A stretch of 64,000 nucleotides of DNA from Paraphysomonas bandaiensis (taxonomy: Eukaryota; Protista; Chrysophyceae). The stretch lies in the NCBI GenBank assembly GCA_965644295.1, contig CBFFRP010000357.1, positions 232,536 to 296,535 on the forward strand, given 5' to 3'. Position 1 is the first letter of the stretch; each line of letters begins with the position of its first letter. Below, one piece after another: positions 23,665 through 37,792 of this stretch. The notes beneath the pieces are model-generated. The model searched no databases. It was not told the DNA's origin and saw only the letters and a list, made by a program, of their open reading frames with translations. A program made the position numbers and the translations under genes.

Positions 23665-26600
23665 TATTTATAGCGCTCACTGCATTGGGCTAACTTCCGC
23701 ATCGATATCATAGTGCTGCTTCATATATACAAAATACACTCATATGCACACGGTATGTAATTAATTATCATCACAACATTTATATTTATAGCGCTCACTG
23801 CATTGGGCTAACTTCCGCATCGGCCATGTGTTACATGACCATACTCGGTTTGGAAGAATCATAGTGCTGCATCATTGCGCAATCATATATACAAAATACA
23901 CTCATATGCACACGGTATGTAATTAATTATCATCACAACATTTATATTTATGGCGCTCACTGCATTGGGCTAACTTCCGCATCGGCCATGTGTTACATGA
24001 CCATACTCGGTTTGGAAGAATCATAGTGCTGCATCATTGCGCAATCATATATACAAAATACACTCATATGCACACGGTATGTAATTAATTATCATCACAA
24101 CATTTATATTTATAGCGCTCACTGCATTGGGCTAACTTCCGCATCGGCCATGTGTTACATGACCATACTCGGTTTGGAAGAATCATAGTGCTGCATCATT
24201 GCGCAATCATATATACAAAATACACTCATATGCACACGGTATGCAATCATTATCATCACAACATACACTCATATGCACACGGTATGTAATTAATTATCAT
24301 CACAACATTTATATTTATAGCGCTCACTGCATTGGGCTAACTTCCGCATCGGCCATGTGTTACATGACCATACTCGGTTTGGAAGAATCATAGTGCTGCA
24401 TCATTGCGCAATCATATGTACAAAATACACTCGTATTTTTTGGCACGCAATCAGTTATCGTCACAACATTTATATTTATAGCGCTCACTGCATTGGGCTA
24501 ACTTCCGCATATATACAAAATACACTCATATGCACACGGTATGTAATTAATTATCATCACAACATTTATATTTATAGCGCTCACTGCATTGGGCTAACTT
24601 CCGCATCGGCCATGTGTTACATGACCATACTCGGTTTGGAAGAATCATAGTGCTGCATCATTGCGCAATCATATATACAAAATACACTCATATGCACACG
24701 GTATGTAATTAATTATCATCACAACATTTATATTTATAGCGCTCACTGCATTGGGCTAACTTCCGCATCGGCCATGTGTTACATGACCATACTCGGTTTG
24801 GAAGAATCATAGTGCTGCATCATTGCGCAATCATATATACAAAATACACTCATATGCACACGGTATGTAATTAATTATCATCACAACATTTATATTTATA
24901 GCGCTCACTGCATTGGGCTAACATTCTACTTCCCATCTGCCATGTGTTACATGACCATACTCGGTTTGGAAGAATCATAGTGCTGCATCATTGCGCAATC
25001 ATATATACAAAATACACTCATATGCACACGGTATGTAATTAATTATCATCACAACATTTATATTTATAGCGCTCACTGCATTGGGCTAACTTCCGCATCG
25101 GCCATGTGTTACATGACCATACTCGGTTTGGAAGAATCATAGTGCTGCATCATTGCGCAATCATATATACAAAATACACTCATATGCACACGGTATGTAA
25201 TTAATTATCATCACAACATTTATATTTATAGCGCTCACTGCATTGGGCTAACTTCCGCATCGGCCATGTGTTACATGACCATACTCGGTTTGGAAGAATC
25301 ATAGTGCTGCATCATTGCGCAATCATATATACAAAATACACTCATATGCACACGGTATGTAATTAATTATCATCACAACATTTATATTTATAGCGCTCAC
25401 TGCATTGGGCTAACTTCCGCATCGGCCATGTGTTACATGACCATACTCGGTTTGGAAGAATCATAGTGCTGCATCATTGCGCAATCATATATACAAAATA
25501 CACTCATATGCACACGGTATGTAATTAATTATCATCACAACATTTATATTTATAGCGCTCACTGCATTGGGCTAACTTCCGCATCGGCCATGTGTTACAT
25601 GACCATACTCGGTTTGGAAGAATCATAGTGCTGCATCATTGCGCAATCATATATACAAAATACACTCATATGCACACGGTATGTAATTAATTATCATCAC
25701 AACATTTATATTTATAGCGCTCACTGCATTGGGCTAACTTCCGCATCGGCCATGTGTTACATGACCATACTCGGTTTGGAAGAATCATAGTGCTGCATCA
25801 TTGCGCAATCATATATACAAAATACACTCATATGCACACGGTATGTAATTAATTATCATCACAACATTTATATTTATAGCGCTCACTGCATTGGGCTAAC
25901 TTCCGCATCGGCCATGTGTTACATGACCATACTCGGTTTGGAAGAATCATAGTGCTGCATCATTGCGCAATCATATATACAAAATACACTCATATGCACA
26001 CGGTATGTAATTAATTATCATCACAACATTTATATTTATAGCGCTCACTGCATTGGGCTAACTTCCGCATCGGCCATGTGTTACATGACCATACTCGGTT
26101 TGGAAGAATCATAGTGCTGCATCATTGCGCAATCATATATACAAAATACACTCATATGCACACGGTATGTAATTAATTATCATCACAACATTTATATTTA
26201 TAGCGCTCACTGCATTGGGCTAACTTCCGCATCGGCCATGTGTTACATGACCATACTCGGTTTGGAAGAATCATAGTGCTGCATCATTGCGCAATCATAT
26301 ATACAAAATACACTCATATGCACACGGTATGTAATTAATTATCATCACAACATTTATATTTATAGCGCTCACTGCATTGGGCTAACTTCCGCATCGGCCA
26401 TGTGTTACATGACCATACTCGGTTTGGAAGAATCATAGTGCTGCATCATTGCGCAATCATATATACAAAATACACTCATATGCACACGGTATGTAATTAA
26501 TTATCATCACAACATTTATATTTATAGCGCTCACTGCATTGGGCTAACTTCCGCATCGGCCATGTGTTACATGACCATACTCGGTTTGGAAGAATCATAG

Positions 26601-28802
26601 TGCTGCATCATTGCGCAATCATATATACAAAATACACTCATATGCACACGGTATGTAATTAATTATCATCACAACATTTATATTTATAGCGCTCACTGCA
26701 TTGGGCTAACTTCCGCATCGGCCATGTGTTACATGACCATACTCGGTTTGGAAGAATCATAGTGCTGCATCATTGCGCAATCATATATACAAAATACACT
26801 CATATGCACACGGTATGTAATTAATTATCATCACAACATTTATATTTATAGCGCTCACTGCATTGGGCTAACTTCCGCATCGGCCATGTGTTACATGACC
26901 ATACTCGGTTTGGAAGAATCATAGTGCTGCATCATTGCGCAATCATATATACAAAATACACTCATATGCACACGGTATGTAATTAATTATCATCACAACA
27001 TTTATATTTATAGCGCTCACTGCATTGGGCTAACTTCCGCATCGGCCATGTGTTACATGACCATACTCGGTTTGGAAGAATCATAGTGCTGCATCATTGC
27101 GCAATCATATATACAAAATACACTCATATGCACACGGTATGTAATTAATTATCATCACAACATTTATATTTATAGCGCTCACTGCATTGGGCTAACTTCC
27201 GCATCGGCCATGTGTTACATGACCATACTCGGTTTGGAAGAATCATAGTGCTGCATCATTGCGCAATCATATATACAAAATACACTCATATGCACACGGT
27301 ATGTAATTAATTATCATCACAACATTTATATTTATAGCGCTCACTGCATTGGGCTAACTTCCGCATCGGCCATGTGTTACATGACCATACTCGGTTTGGA
27401 AGAATCATAGTGCTGCATCATTGCGCAATCATATATACAAAATACACTCATATGCACACGGTATGTAATTAATTATCATCACAACATTTATATTTATAGC
27501 GCTCACTGCATTGGGCTAACTTCCGCATCGGCCATGTGTTACATGACCATACTCGGTTTGGAAGAATCATAGTGCTGCATCATTGCGCAATCATATATAC
27601 AAAATACACTCATATGCACACGGTATGTAATTAATTATCATCACAACATTTATATTTATAGCGCTCACTGCATTGGGCTAACTTCCGCATCGGCCATGTG
27701 TTACATGACCATACTCGGTTTGGAAGAATCATAGTGCTGCATCATTGCGCAATCATATATACAAAATACACTCATATGCACACGGTATGTAATTAATTAT
27801 CATCACAACATTTATATTTATAGCGCTCACTGCATTGGGCTAACTTCCGCATCGGCCATGTGTTACATGACCATACTCGGTTTGGAAGAATCATAGTGCT
27901 GCATCATTGCGCAATCATATATACAAAATACACTCATATGCACACGGTATGTAATTAATTATCATCACAACATTTATATTTATAGCGCTCACTGCATTGG
28001 GCTAACTTCCGCATCGGCCATGTGTTACATGACCATACTCGGTTTGGAAGAATCATAGTGCTGCATCATTGCGCAATCATATATACAAAATACACTCATA
28101 TGCACACGGTATGTAATTAATTATCATCACAACATTTATATTTATAGCGCTCACTGCATTGGGCTAACTTCCGCATCGGCCATGTGTTACATGACCATAC
28201 TCGGTTTGGAAGAATCATAGTGCTGCATCATTGCGCAATCATATATACAAAATACACTCATATGCACACGGTATGTAATTAATTATCATCACAACATTTA
28301 TATTTATAGCGCTCACTGCATTGGGCTAACTTCCGCATCGGCCATGTGTTACATGACCATACTCGGTTTGGAAGAATCATAGTGCTGCATCATTGCGCAA
28401 TCATATATACAAAATACACTCATATGCACACGGTATGTAATTAATTATCATCACAACATTTATATTTATAGCGCTCACTGCATTGGGCTAACTTCCGCAT
28501 CGGCCATGTGTTACATGACCATACTCGGTTTGGAAGAATCATAGTGCTGCATCATTGCGCAATCATATATACAAAATACACTCATATGCACACGGTATGT
28601 AATTAATTATCATCACAACATTTATATTTATAGCGCTCACTGCATTGGGCTAACTTCCGCATCGGCCATGTGTTACATGACCATACTCGGTTTGGAAGAA
28701 TCATAGTGCTGCATCATTGCGCAATCATATATACAAAATACACTCATATGCACACGGTATGTAATTAATTATCATCACAACATTTATATTTATAGCGCTC
28801 AC
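23665..28802. repeat. 162-bp satellite array, about 31 copies
   Basis: Period measured from GCGCTCACTG at 25231 and 25393 (162 bp) and 26041-27661 (10 units). Right part appears invariant; left part has deletions and variants. Confidence 0.99.
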
Positions 28803-29248
28803 TTTATATATGCATATATTTATATATACGTCAATGAATGCCGTGTGCTGTGTTTGCATATACTGTTGGATAACTCTCGAATTGTGACTTCAAAGCCAAC
28901 TGTGACCTTAATGTATGCTAATGGCTCAACCACTCAGTGGTGCATTATACATATAGCATGCTCTCACATACACAGCACTTTTTATAGTGAATGACATTAT
29001 ATGAAGTGATTTATCATACTAGTTTGTAGACTGCATTAGATTGTAACTAACTCTTGTTTCTATGTGTGTGTAGGTGGCATATGTGTGTGTTATGTGTGCA
29101 GTGCTGTGCTCATAGTTACAGTTACGGCTACCACTCGTGTCCCATATATACACACAGTATACTATACGTGTACAAGATATGGACTACGAACTGCTGTATG
29201 GTACATAGTGTATGTACAGCTTTGTACATATGTATGGTGTGCTGCATG

Positions 29249-29489
29249 CATACATACATACATACATACATACATACATACATACATACATACATACATA
29301 CATACATACATACATACATACATACATACATACATACATACATACATACATACATACATACATACATACATACATACATACATACATACATACATACATA
29401 CATACATACATACATACATACATACATACATACATACATACATACATACATACATACATACATACATACATACATACATACATACATAC
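29249..29489. repeat. (CATA)n microsatellite, about 60 units
   Basis: Direct observation. Confidence 0.99.
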
Positions 29490-29813
29490 TGTACATGTGT
29501 ACTGTACTGTAGGTCTCTATGCTATATACTGTATATTTTTATATAAACTATAGGTTTAGTTAAAAATGGGGGGTTTTGTGCAAAAAATCTCTATACCAAG
29601 CCTAAATTCGTGCATTGTTGTGCACAGATCTGTATATAGAGGACTGTATGGTAGGGACTGTAGTGTATATAGATGCATATGCCGTATGGTTCACTGGTAC
29701 ATACATAGCCATCTATACATACACACACATCATCTAAACACAGTCTCCCCCTCCTAACAAACACAATGATCTAACCCCCCCCCTCTCCCCCCTCCCACTC
29801 CCACAACAATTCC

Positions 29814-30452
29814 ATGTCCTCACTTATCCGTTTATACAGTTCCTCATCACGTACATGGTTACAACGTCATCGTAATGATTATTATGTGAAGAAATCTATA
29901 CAAGAGAAAACACGATCACGTGGTGGATATAAACTCATGCAATTAAATCAATCATCTCATATTATCACATCTCGTGATATTGTAATTGATTTAGGTGCAG
30001 CACCTGGTGGATGGTCACTTGTTGCTAGTCGAATTATAGATCCTAATAGAGGAGGATATGTATGTGCAGTTGATCTATTGCCCTTTAAAGATATTCCAAA
30101 TGTTTCTAGAATAGAAGGTGATTTTCGTGCAGATTCTACTATAAAACAACTACATGCAATTCTGAAAGGAAAGAAAGCTGATGTTGTACTGTCTGATATG
30201 TTGCACAATACTACTGGTCAGCGGTCTATTGACCACATACGGTCCATAGAATTAGTCTTAGGTGCGTTAGATTTCTGTGAAGGCATGTTGAAGAAAGATG
30301 GCAAATTTCTTGCGAAGTTTTTACGTGGTGGAGATGAGGAAGAGATGTTTGAGAGAGCGAGAGAGTTATTTGTGTCTCACAAAGTGCTTAAGCCTAAGGC
30401 ATCACGTTCAGAAAGTAGCGAAGTGTATATATTATGTACAGGAAAGAAATGA
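29814..30452 (+). CDS. rlmE: rRNA 2'-O-methyltransferase RlmE/FtsJ family (probably mitochondrial MRM2-like)
   Basis: WLQRH.NDYYVK...RSRGGYKL, VIDLGAAPGGWS, AVDL, DVVLSDM, FLAK and KPKASRSESSEVY (K-D-K-E tetrad). N-terminus resembles a mitochondrial presequence. Confidence 0.93.
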   Translation: MSSLIRLYSSSSRTWLQRHRNDYYVKKSIQEKTRSRGGYKLMQLNQSSHIITSRDIVIDLGAAPGGWSLVASRIIDPNRGGYVCAVDLLPFKDIPNVSRIEGDFRADSTIKQLHAILKGKKADVVLSDMLHNTTGQRSIDHIRSIELVLGALDFCEGMLKKDGKFLAKFLRGGDEEEMFERARELFVSHKVLKPKASRSESSEVYILCTGKK

Positions 30453-30723
30453 TTATACTGTTGTTTGAATTTTAACATGTAGTCAACTCATACGATCTAA
30501 CTATTCGCGTGTGGCGAGCTTCATCAATTAATTAGAATTTGCGCTAATTAATAATACACCTTGCTGGTTATATAGGAGGCGTTCGTCGTGTTGTGCCATG
30601 CGTTAAAGTGTGGGTGGCCGTGGTTGCTGATTAAGTGTTACGGTGCTGTACATTAAACCGATATACCCCCTTGGGATATACCAACGAAGTATACCACCAC
30701 ATTCAGCTGGAGTTGGTGTGCAC

Positions 30724-33208
30724 CAGGGCTGCGTATCAATTATTGCAATAATTGAAATTGGGACATCAAATGATAATTGCAATTATAATTGACTCTAGCT
30801 TGCTTCAATTAATTACAATAAATACCACCTTTTTATGCTATAAAATTGTTAAAAAACGGATAAAATATGGAATTTTATTGAAAAATCCAATTTTTAGGAT
30901 AAAAATCGAAGATTGGTGAAAAACAATAATATCCATAGGATTATCAGCGGTATCACATAGTAATTAATTTAGTTAATCAGCGGTATGAGCGATAAACTGG
31001 CACCAGAAGTCATTGCAAGAGTGTTCTTTGAGAAAATAAATGATAATAACGAAGAGGATGCTATATAGAGACTTGTCCTGTAGTAAAAGGGGCTCCACAT
31101 TAGCCATGATTGACCGCTACTTGCTTCTATCTAATCGTTTGCGATCATGAGCGGTTGGTTCCGACGTGTTAAGTCTAATACCAGGTGAAAAGGAGCATGC
31201 CAATTACTGGAGGAATTGAAATTGTTTCAACTTTCAACTAGTGTCCTTACAAATACAGAAGTAAGGTGAACACGAGCTTGACCTCCACGACGTTTGTATA
31301 TTCGTTTGAGGCACCCGATTGTGGGCGACAGTGCTGCTATTATTCATAACGCTGCTTTCGGAAAGACAGTCGTGAATATTCGATGTGGCAACAACGAAGC
31401 CGTAACTCGGACGCAAAAGATCAAATTAAAATAATTCTGTTCGATGAAGTTGAAGACGATTATGACGGTGCGAGTCTAGCTTCGAATGACGACGCAGCGC
31501 AACGTTTGATTGATAATAGCAGGCAGCGGAAGCGATCAAGACTTAATCAGCAAACTCGCTACCGCAGCATGAAGCACTTGCATGCCACAACCAATAAGGT
31601 GATTCCGTAGGGATAAGATTATTTTGACGGGCTTGACTCCTCGACATTTAAGATTTTCGCATGAATCGTCGCCTCTCTAGAATGAAATGACAGTTCAGGT
31701 AGCTATATTGGCAGCTAGTTTATTGTAGTACTAAATAATTACAATTAATTGCAATAATTGAAATTGAGAGAGCAAGTAATAATTGCAAAATGATTGACTA
31801 CAACCTGCGTCAATTAATTGGTGACAGATGTCCACCAATAAAAATTGCAATTATTATTGAAGCATCCAATTAATTGCCTTCAAGTCTATTGCTAGTTTCA
31901 AGAATAACAATCTGAACTATAATCTCTTTTAGTTCAAAAAATACTCGTAAAATACTCATACGAAGCCATATAATTATTAAATTATACTTGTAATATAGTA
32001 GCACAGTACTTACTGAATTACGTAAGAGAGATAATAATTGTGACGTCGTAGCACTGTGATTGTAAAGACACATCAATCACCAACACCAAATTTCTGTTCC
32101 ACAAATTTTATCTTTAATAGCTACTATATACTTTTAATTATTATTATCTACTCCTATATTGTAGCTCTGTATATTCTGTTTTTCATTGCTATACATAGAA
32201 TACAGGATGGCTACTAGCGATAGGCTTCAACAAGCTCTTGAATATCCGCAATCACCTTATCGTGCTATATATCGCGATGAAAGTTGTTGAAGTGTTCAGT
32301 TGTGTTATATTACTCTTTCATACTGACCCTTATACTGTCACACACAATACGATTAATGAAATAACGCGATGTCCACATACATCCAAACTTCTATGCAGAT
32401 AATGGGTTTGTACCTATGATCCGTAGTCTGTAGCCATGCATCTTAAGGTGCTATATAATATAATTAATCGCGCCAATTAATTGCAACCACATGCACCAAC
32501 TCTCATGCACGCAGGAATAAAGCACCGGACTGCTTGAAAACATCTGGTCCTCGACAAAGACGCCGTCTCCGGCAACTTCACCTATGCCTGATGCCCAAGC
32601 GATGCAAGGAAACAACGACACCCTCCACCACTCCACTTCCCTCACAGAACACCCATCTAGTACTTGGTACACTTCGGACATTAATGCAAAACCCTGTACC
32701 ACAGAGCCTGGTAGAGCCGTATCCTAAGGGAAGACCCCCAGACATCACGCGCCAGTGAGTCAAAGGACGCACAAGCAGGGCGAAACTCACAAACAAAATT
32801 TAGAACGAAAGTGGTTGCACCTTGGTGCTTGCGGCGACGCACAAGCAGCTTCTGTAGCGTTAAATAGTAGGATAATGGAATTTGTACGGATTAGTTATGG
32901 GTAGAGGTCTAGCTAGCATGACAAGCATTCAACTAACCACTATATTGGTGCAGGTTTCTAACGCCTACTGCTAAATAAAAAGACGTTTAATATGGGTTTG
33001 TACCTATGATCCGTAGTCTGTAGCCATGCATCTTAAGGTGCTATATAATATAATTAATCGCGCCAATTAATTGCAATTAATTGGCAACATTTATATATAA
33101 TAATTATTGAAATTATCAGTTTTACAACCATTAAAATAAATGGTAATTCAGTTAATAATAGGCAATTATTCTCAAAATTGAAAATTAATTAATTGTTACA
33201 CAAGCCTG
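30724..33208 (+). mobile_element. Non-autonomous hAT element (2485 bp) with 8-bp TSD
   Basis: TSD GTGTGCAC at 30716-30723 and 33209-33216. Imperfect TIRs CAGGGCTGCGTATCAATTA / reverse complement CAGGCTTGTGTAACAATTA. Subterminal CAATAATTG/CAATTAATT arrays. Decayed transposase pieces GSTLAMIDRY, LDLHDV, AAIIHNAAFGKTVV at about 31090-31390. Confidence 0.9.
32402..33076 (+). mobile_element. 505-bp insertion (32487-32991) flanked by an 85-bp direct repeat; probable 5'-truncated retroelement 3' end
   Basis: 32402-32486 is identical to 32992-33076. The insert has an open frame ending ...PKGRPPDITRQ* and a 3' segment shared with 40393-40516. Confidence 0.6.
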
Positions 33209-33689
33209 GTGTGCACATAGAACATAGAGTAGTTTCTTGTGAGTCATTCAGAAACAAAAGAGTACAGCCGTATGCACCCGTACTTACAGAGCATTCCTGT
33301 CCCATATCAGGCCAGAATACGAATATCATCTGACTTCACTGAAACTACTTCTTATCTCGTATTGCTACCTACGTCATCTTTTCTCTATCCTTGTACCACA
33401 ATGACCAAACATATTCGCTACATCCTTGCTCTTTACTACAGCCAGCGTATATTTGTATATTGACATAATGGCGGAGTCTACAGAACTTCCATCGGATCAA
33501 ATAACCCGTTCAAGTATAACATGCAAGAGATCGTTTATTTATGAATAGTGCCTGATAAATAGCCACAAACGATGATGCTCATGGTACCACTACGCTATTA
33601 GGCCGAATACATGTCATTAATAACTACATCAATACTAGTGTGTATTTGGGGGTGTGCTAAGGAAATATTTCAACATATAAGACTAGCTA

Positions 33690-36600
33690 TTAGTTTGGAG
33701 GAATGGTTTGCATCGACTCCTTGGACTTACTAGAGATGGGCCCCTCCCTTTTCACCGGGTCTGCGACTATTCGCTTGGTCGTTTCGTCAGTGGCGATGGA
33801 GCCGTTAGTAGCTATATTCACAGCCGACCCATTCAGCTGTGGATTACTGGGGCCATTGCTCTTCAGTCCACTGACAGCATCGCCTGTCGAAGTCATTCTA
33901 ACTGGCCCTTCATTGGGGGAAGCACTGGGCGGGATAGAATGAGATACATGTTGGATTTTCGGGGGGCGTCCTCTTTTCCTAGGTTGAGGAATATCCCCCT
34001 CTGAGACCACGCTATACGACCTTTTACCCACCCTGTCCTCCATATCACGACCAGCAAGGTGGGAATTCCCTCCTCTGTCCCACGGACGATAATCATCCTC
34101 ATCCCGTGAAAGAGCCCGAGGAGAAGATGCCGAGAAACTTCCACCAGATGTTCGCTTTAAACTACGCTTGAGCTCCTGAATCGTAGCCCAACGGTCACGC
34201 ATTCGACTAAGAGTCACCTCATGTCGTGCCAGAACCGCCTCATCCGATATGTCCTCTTCACCTGAAGACTCGTTATCCTCTGACATATTATCTGTAGAAG
34301 TCACTGGACGGAACAAAGGTGCAACCACATCTCCAAATGACACACGCCGGAACTCGTGCTTCGAGGACACAACTTTCTTTGACTCTTCCTCACTAACTCT
34401 CGGAGAATTCTTAGGCTTAGGTCCTCGTTTTCGCTTTTCCGGTTCGCCATCAGCACCGGTGGATTGACTATCACTATCTGGTCTCGTTCGTTTCTGGGAA
34501 TCTGTAGACTCATTTACAGTCACCTCTACCCATGTGCCTATCGCACCATTGAAATTCATTCCACCGGGGGTAAGTGGGGTTACAGCTGGTACGGCAGAAT
34601 TTGAAGGTTGAGGAGGAATCTTTACACGTAGCCCGGAATTTACTTTAGTGCCATCTGCAGAAGTAATGTGGGATGCAGAATGATGTGGTTTGCCCGTTGT
34701 GTCTGTGCTACCACATGCTGCAGCTGAAGAAACACTCTGAGTCGCCACGCTATCAACAGGCGCATCAGGATCGAAAACCACAAATTCCTTTGCGATGCTA
34801 CTCCATGGAATGGGGGTTGTGTGAACTACGAGGTCAACCATAGAAAGCCGTCCAGTGGTAGGGCAAATATGGGGACCCACTGAATTAGATTCGGAAGTCC
34901 CTTCTGGAGCGTAGACCGAGTCATGGAGGTACATCGGGGGAACAACATGACGAGACGCGGGAGCTAAAGGTTCCTGGACAGAGGTTGACGAATAGCTGGT
35001 GCTCCGACGACGTCTTGGAGTGACCCCAGTGTCCAGCGAAGAACTCGACATACCACCAAATGAAGACGCCCTTGGGGACATTGGCATCTCCGGAAAGAAC
35101 ACCCGGCTGTCCACACCGGTTGCACTGTAGTCCCCTCCATTCAAACTTTGTGACAGATGACTGAAGGAATCTTGTCGGGTCTTGCCTCTCTTTCCCTTTG
35201 AATCTGATTTAATCCATTGCACTCGTTCGAGCAACATAGCCGCAGTCAACGGCGGATCTTCGCTATCACCAGTAAAAAGCAAACGTCTATCACCAGGGTG
35301 AAATGACTTGACTCCAGAGCGCCTACTTCTGGAAGCCGACAAAGGAATGACTTCAGAAAGTTGTCGTAATGTATCTTGTGTATAACCCGATTCCAAATAC
35401 CGAGTGCCCAGTCTACAGGGCTCACTAGGAAGGTACAATCCACTCTTCCCTGCTATATACCGCATCAATCGCTCCTCGAGTTCCAGTGCCTCAGCCTCCG
35501 CATAACATGCGTCTGACCACTCTGACAAACGCTCCGCTGGATCAACAAACACATCCAGAGAACCAGGGGCAGAACGGAAACCCCATCCGCCTCTAGAGGA
35601 CCCTAAAAAACGCCTCACGGTGGGTTTTTTAGGCTTACTTGTTGCCGTATTACTATTGTCTGAAGGAGCGCTACCCTCTACTACCGCATTGCTACTTGTG
35701 TTCACTTGGCTACTTGCAGTATTAGGTGTACTTACCACGTCCTGCTTGATGACAACACTGACATTCGTATCCACTGATGCATCTTCTGTATCCAAAGAAA
35801 CGGGGGTATCTCTGCCTTGTCCTTCATCTCCGTCATAACCCCCATATCTTTCCCCATCTGGACATGCGCCCGAACTACTTTCTACCACACTGTCTCCACT
35901 GGTAAATGAAACTATGGTCTCCTCGGATCCACTAACAGCACCGCATGCTTGCGGAGGAGCTTCAGAGTTTGAAATCTCTTCAGTCTTAGGTGGGGCATCC
36001 TGCGTTTCTACACTATCGTTTCCACTAGATGCCTCTGGAAAATCCGTCGATGTTTTACTTTGCTTCATGTCTTCTGATGTCACTACAGGCTTGTCCAACA
36101 ACTCGTCGGTTGATTTATCCAGCGTCGGCGATGTTGCCGTCTGCACAGATGTGGCGGTTACCTTAGCCACAGTCTCCATGCACTCCTCTTCACTACTCAT
36201 ACTTCGGCTCCGAGTTCGAAATGCAGGTCGATCTTCAGGGATAGTAGGGAGCGGACAGGCTTTTTTCACATATTCTGTGACAGGTTTACTGATTCCCCCC
36301 ACAGCACTAGCTGTTGTAGAGGGCAATGTACTAGTGGGCACTGGGTCTGATGAAATACTGATACTGCTACTAGATGGAGAGGGCTGAGAAGTCTTGCGCT
36401 TCCGCAGATCCTTAAGAAACGAAACGAGCTGTGCTTCCCATCTTTGCGAAAGTGCATTCTCGATCTGCATCTTTTCAGAGGGCTCCTTTTCTACAGTCTC
36501 CTTTTCTGCCGGTTCCTTTTCTGACGACTCTTTCTCCAGGGCCATATGACATTCGGAGTTCTTTTCAGTCGACTCTTTCTCCAGGTCCATATGACATTCG

Positions 36601-37792
36601 GAGTTCTTTTCAGTCGACTCTTTCTCCAAGTCCATATGACATTCGGAGTTCTTTTCAGTCGACTCTTTCTCCAGGTCCATATGAGAGTTCTTTTCAGTCG
36701 ACTCTTTCTCCAAGTCCATATGACATTCGGAGTTAGCCACCGAATCCTCGACGCCACTTACTTCTGCATAGCCCTCACTCATGGGGACAGGAGGTGGAAC
36801 ATCTGTGTCATTGCAGTCTGCAACCTGACTCGATTCCACAAGTGAGTTATTGGTATTCGTAGGGGTTGTATTAGTGGAAGGCGTCTGAACTGCAGCGGGG
36901 CTAAAAGAAAGGGGAAGAATAGGTGTAGAGCTGCGAATAACGGAGGGAGCATCGAGGGAGCCTTGTTCGGAGAGTTCAGAAGGTGGGGCACTAGCTGCAG
37001 CACTAGTGTCAATATTGGTACTTTTATTACCATTGTCAGTGTCTGCAGATATGTTCGGACTGGCTCTTTTGGGTCCAGGCTTTGAAGCCCCTGAAGATGG
37101 AGTCATCGATGCTTCCTCAAGAACACCAATAGCTTGAAGTATGTTACACACGGAGAACACATCAAGTGTAGTCCCTGTAGAAATATGGTTATTACACAAC
37201 ATTTTCATCGCAACACAGGAATCCCACTAAACACAATATACACTCCATAAAAAGCACATCAATAAGTCACACACCAGAAATAAGTCCTTTTCCAGTCATC
37301 TTAATACCCTCCTCCTTACAACGGGCTGACACCGCTATGCGAATATCTTTCTCACTCATAGGACCTGTATCTCAAGTCAATAAAGCAACCACACAGTACT
37401 AAGGCGACATAGCTGTACCTGGTAATAAGAACTGGAGAATGCACCTTGTTAAGATTACAGCCGTCGGCTTTATATCTTTCACTTCTGTTAAACGTCGTTT
37501 CACTTGTGAAGACCTGATGATAGATACAATACAGTATAAGATAATTCAGTATATGTAGCTAGATAGTGTATATATACACATATACATACCATTGAGCCCT
37601 CTCCACACTTTTATAGTGCCTCTCTGCGATATCATCACCTGAAAATGGTTTGGAAATCTCGAGACGTGATTCAAGGCTATCAATCTAATGAACGGTTAGA
37701 CTTTTATATGTCAATAAGCGTTATATTACTTGTTTTTGTAGCCACACCAAACGATCTTTTAATATATCAAAATTCATAATATCAGAGGCCAT
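33690..37792 (-). CDS. Large low-complexity nuclear protein with winged-helix-like N-terminus, PEHE-like motif and AT-hook (KANSL1/MSL1-like C-terminus)
   Basis: Four small 5' exons from ATG 37792 splice into a 3.5-kb exon. Motifs: DVFSVCNILQAIGVLEE; 5 x 15-aa ECHMDLEKESTEKNS; VVAPLFR...EEDISDEAVLARHEVTLSRMRDRW; RKRGRPPK. Confidence 0.7.

Noticed and set aside
23665-28802. 162-bp array as a CRISPR or coding repeat
   Set aside because: Whole units are identical with no spacers, and no long ORF runs through the array.
32750-32800. Hammerhead ribozyme in the nested insertion (GTGAGT...CGAAACTCAC)
   Set aside because: The GAAA half is present but the CUGANGA core is missing.
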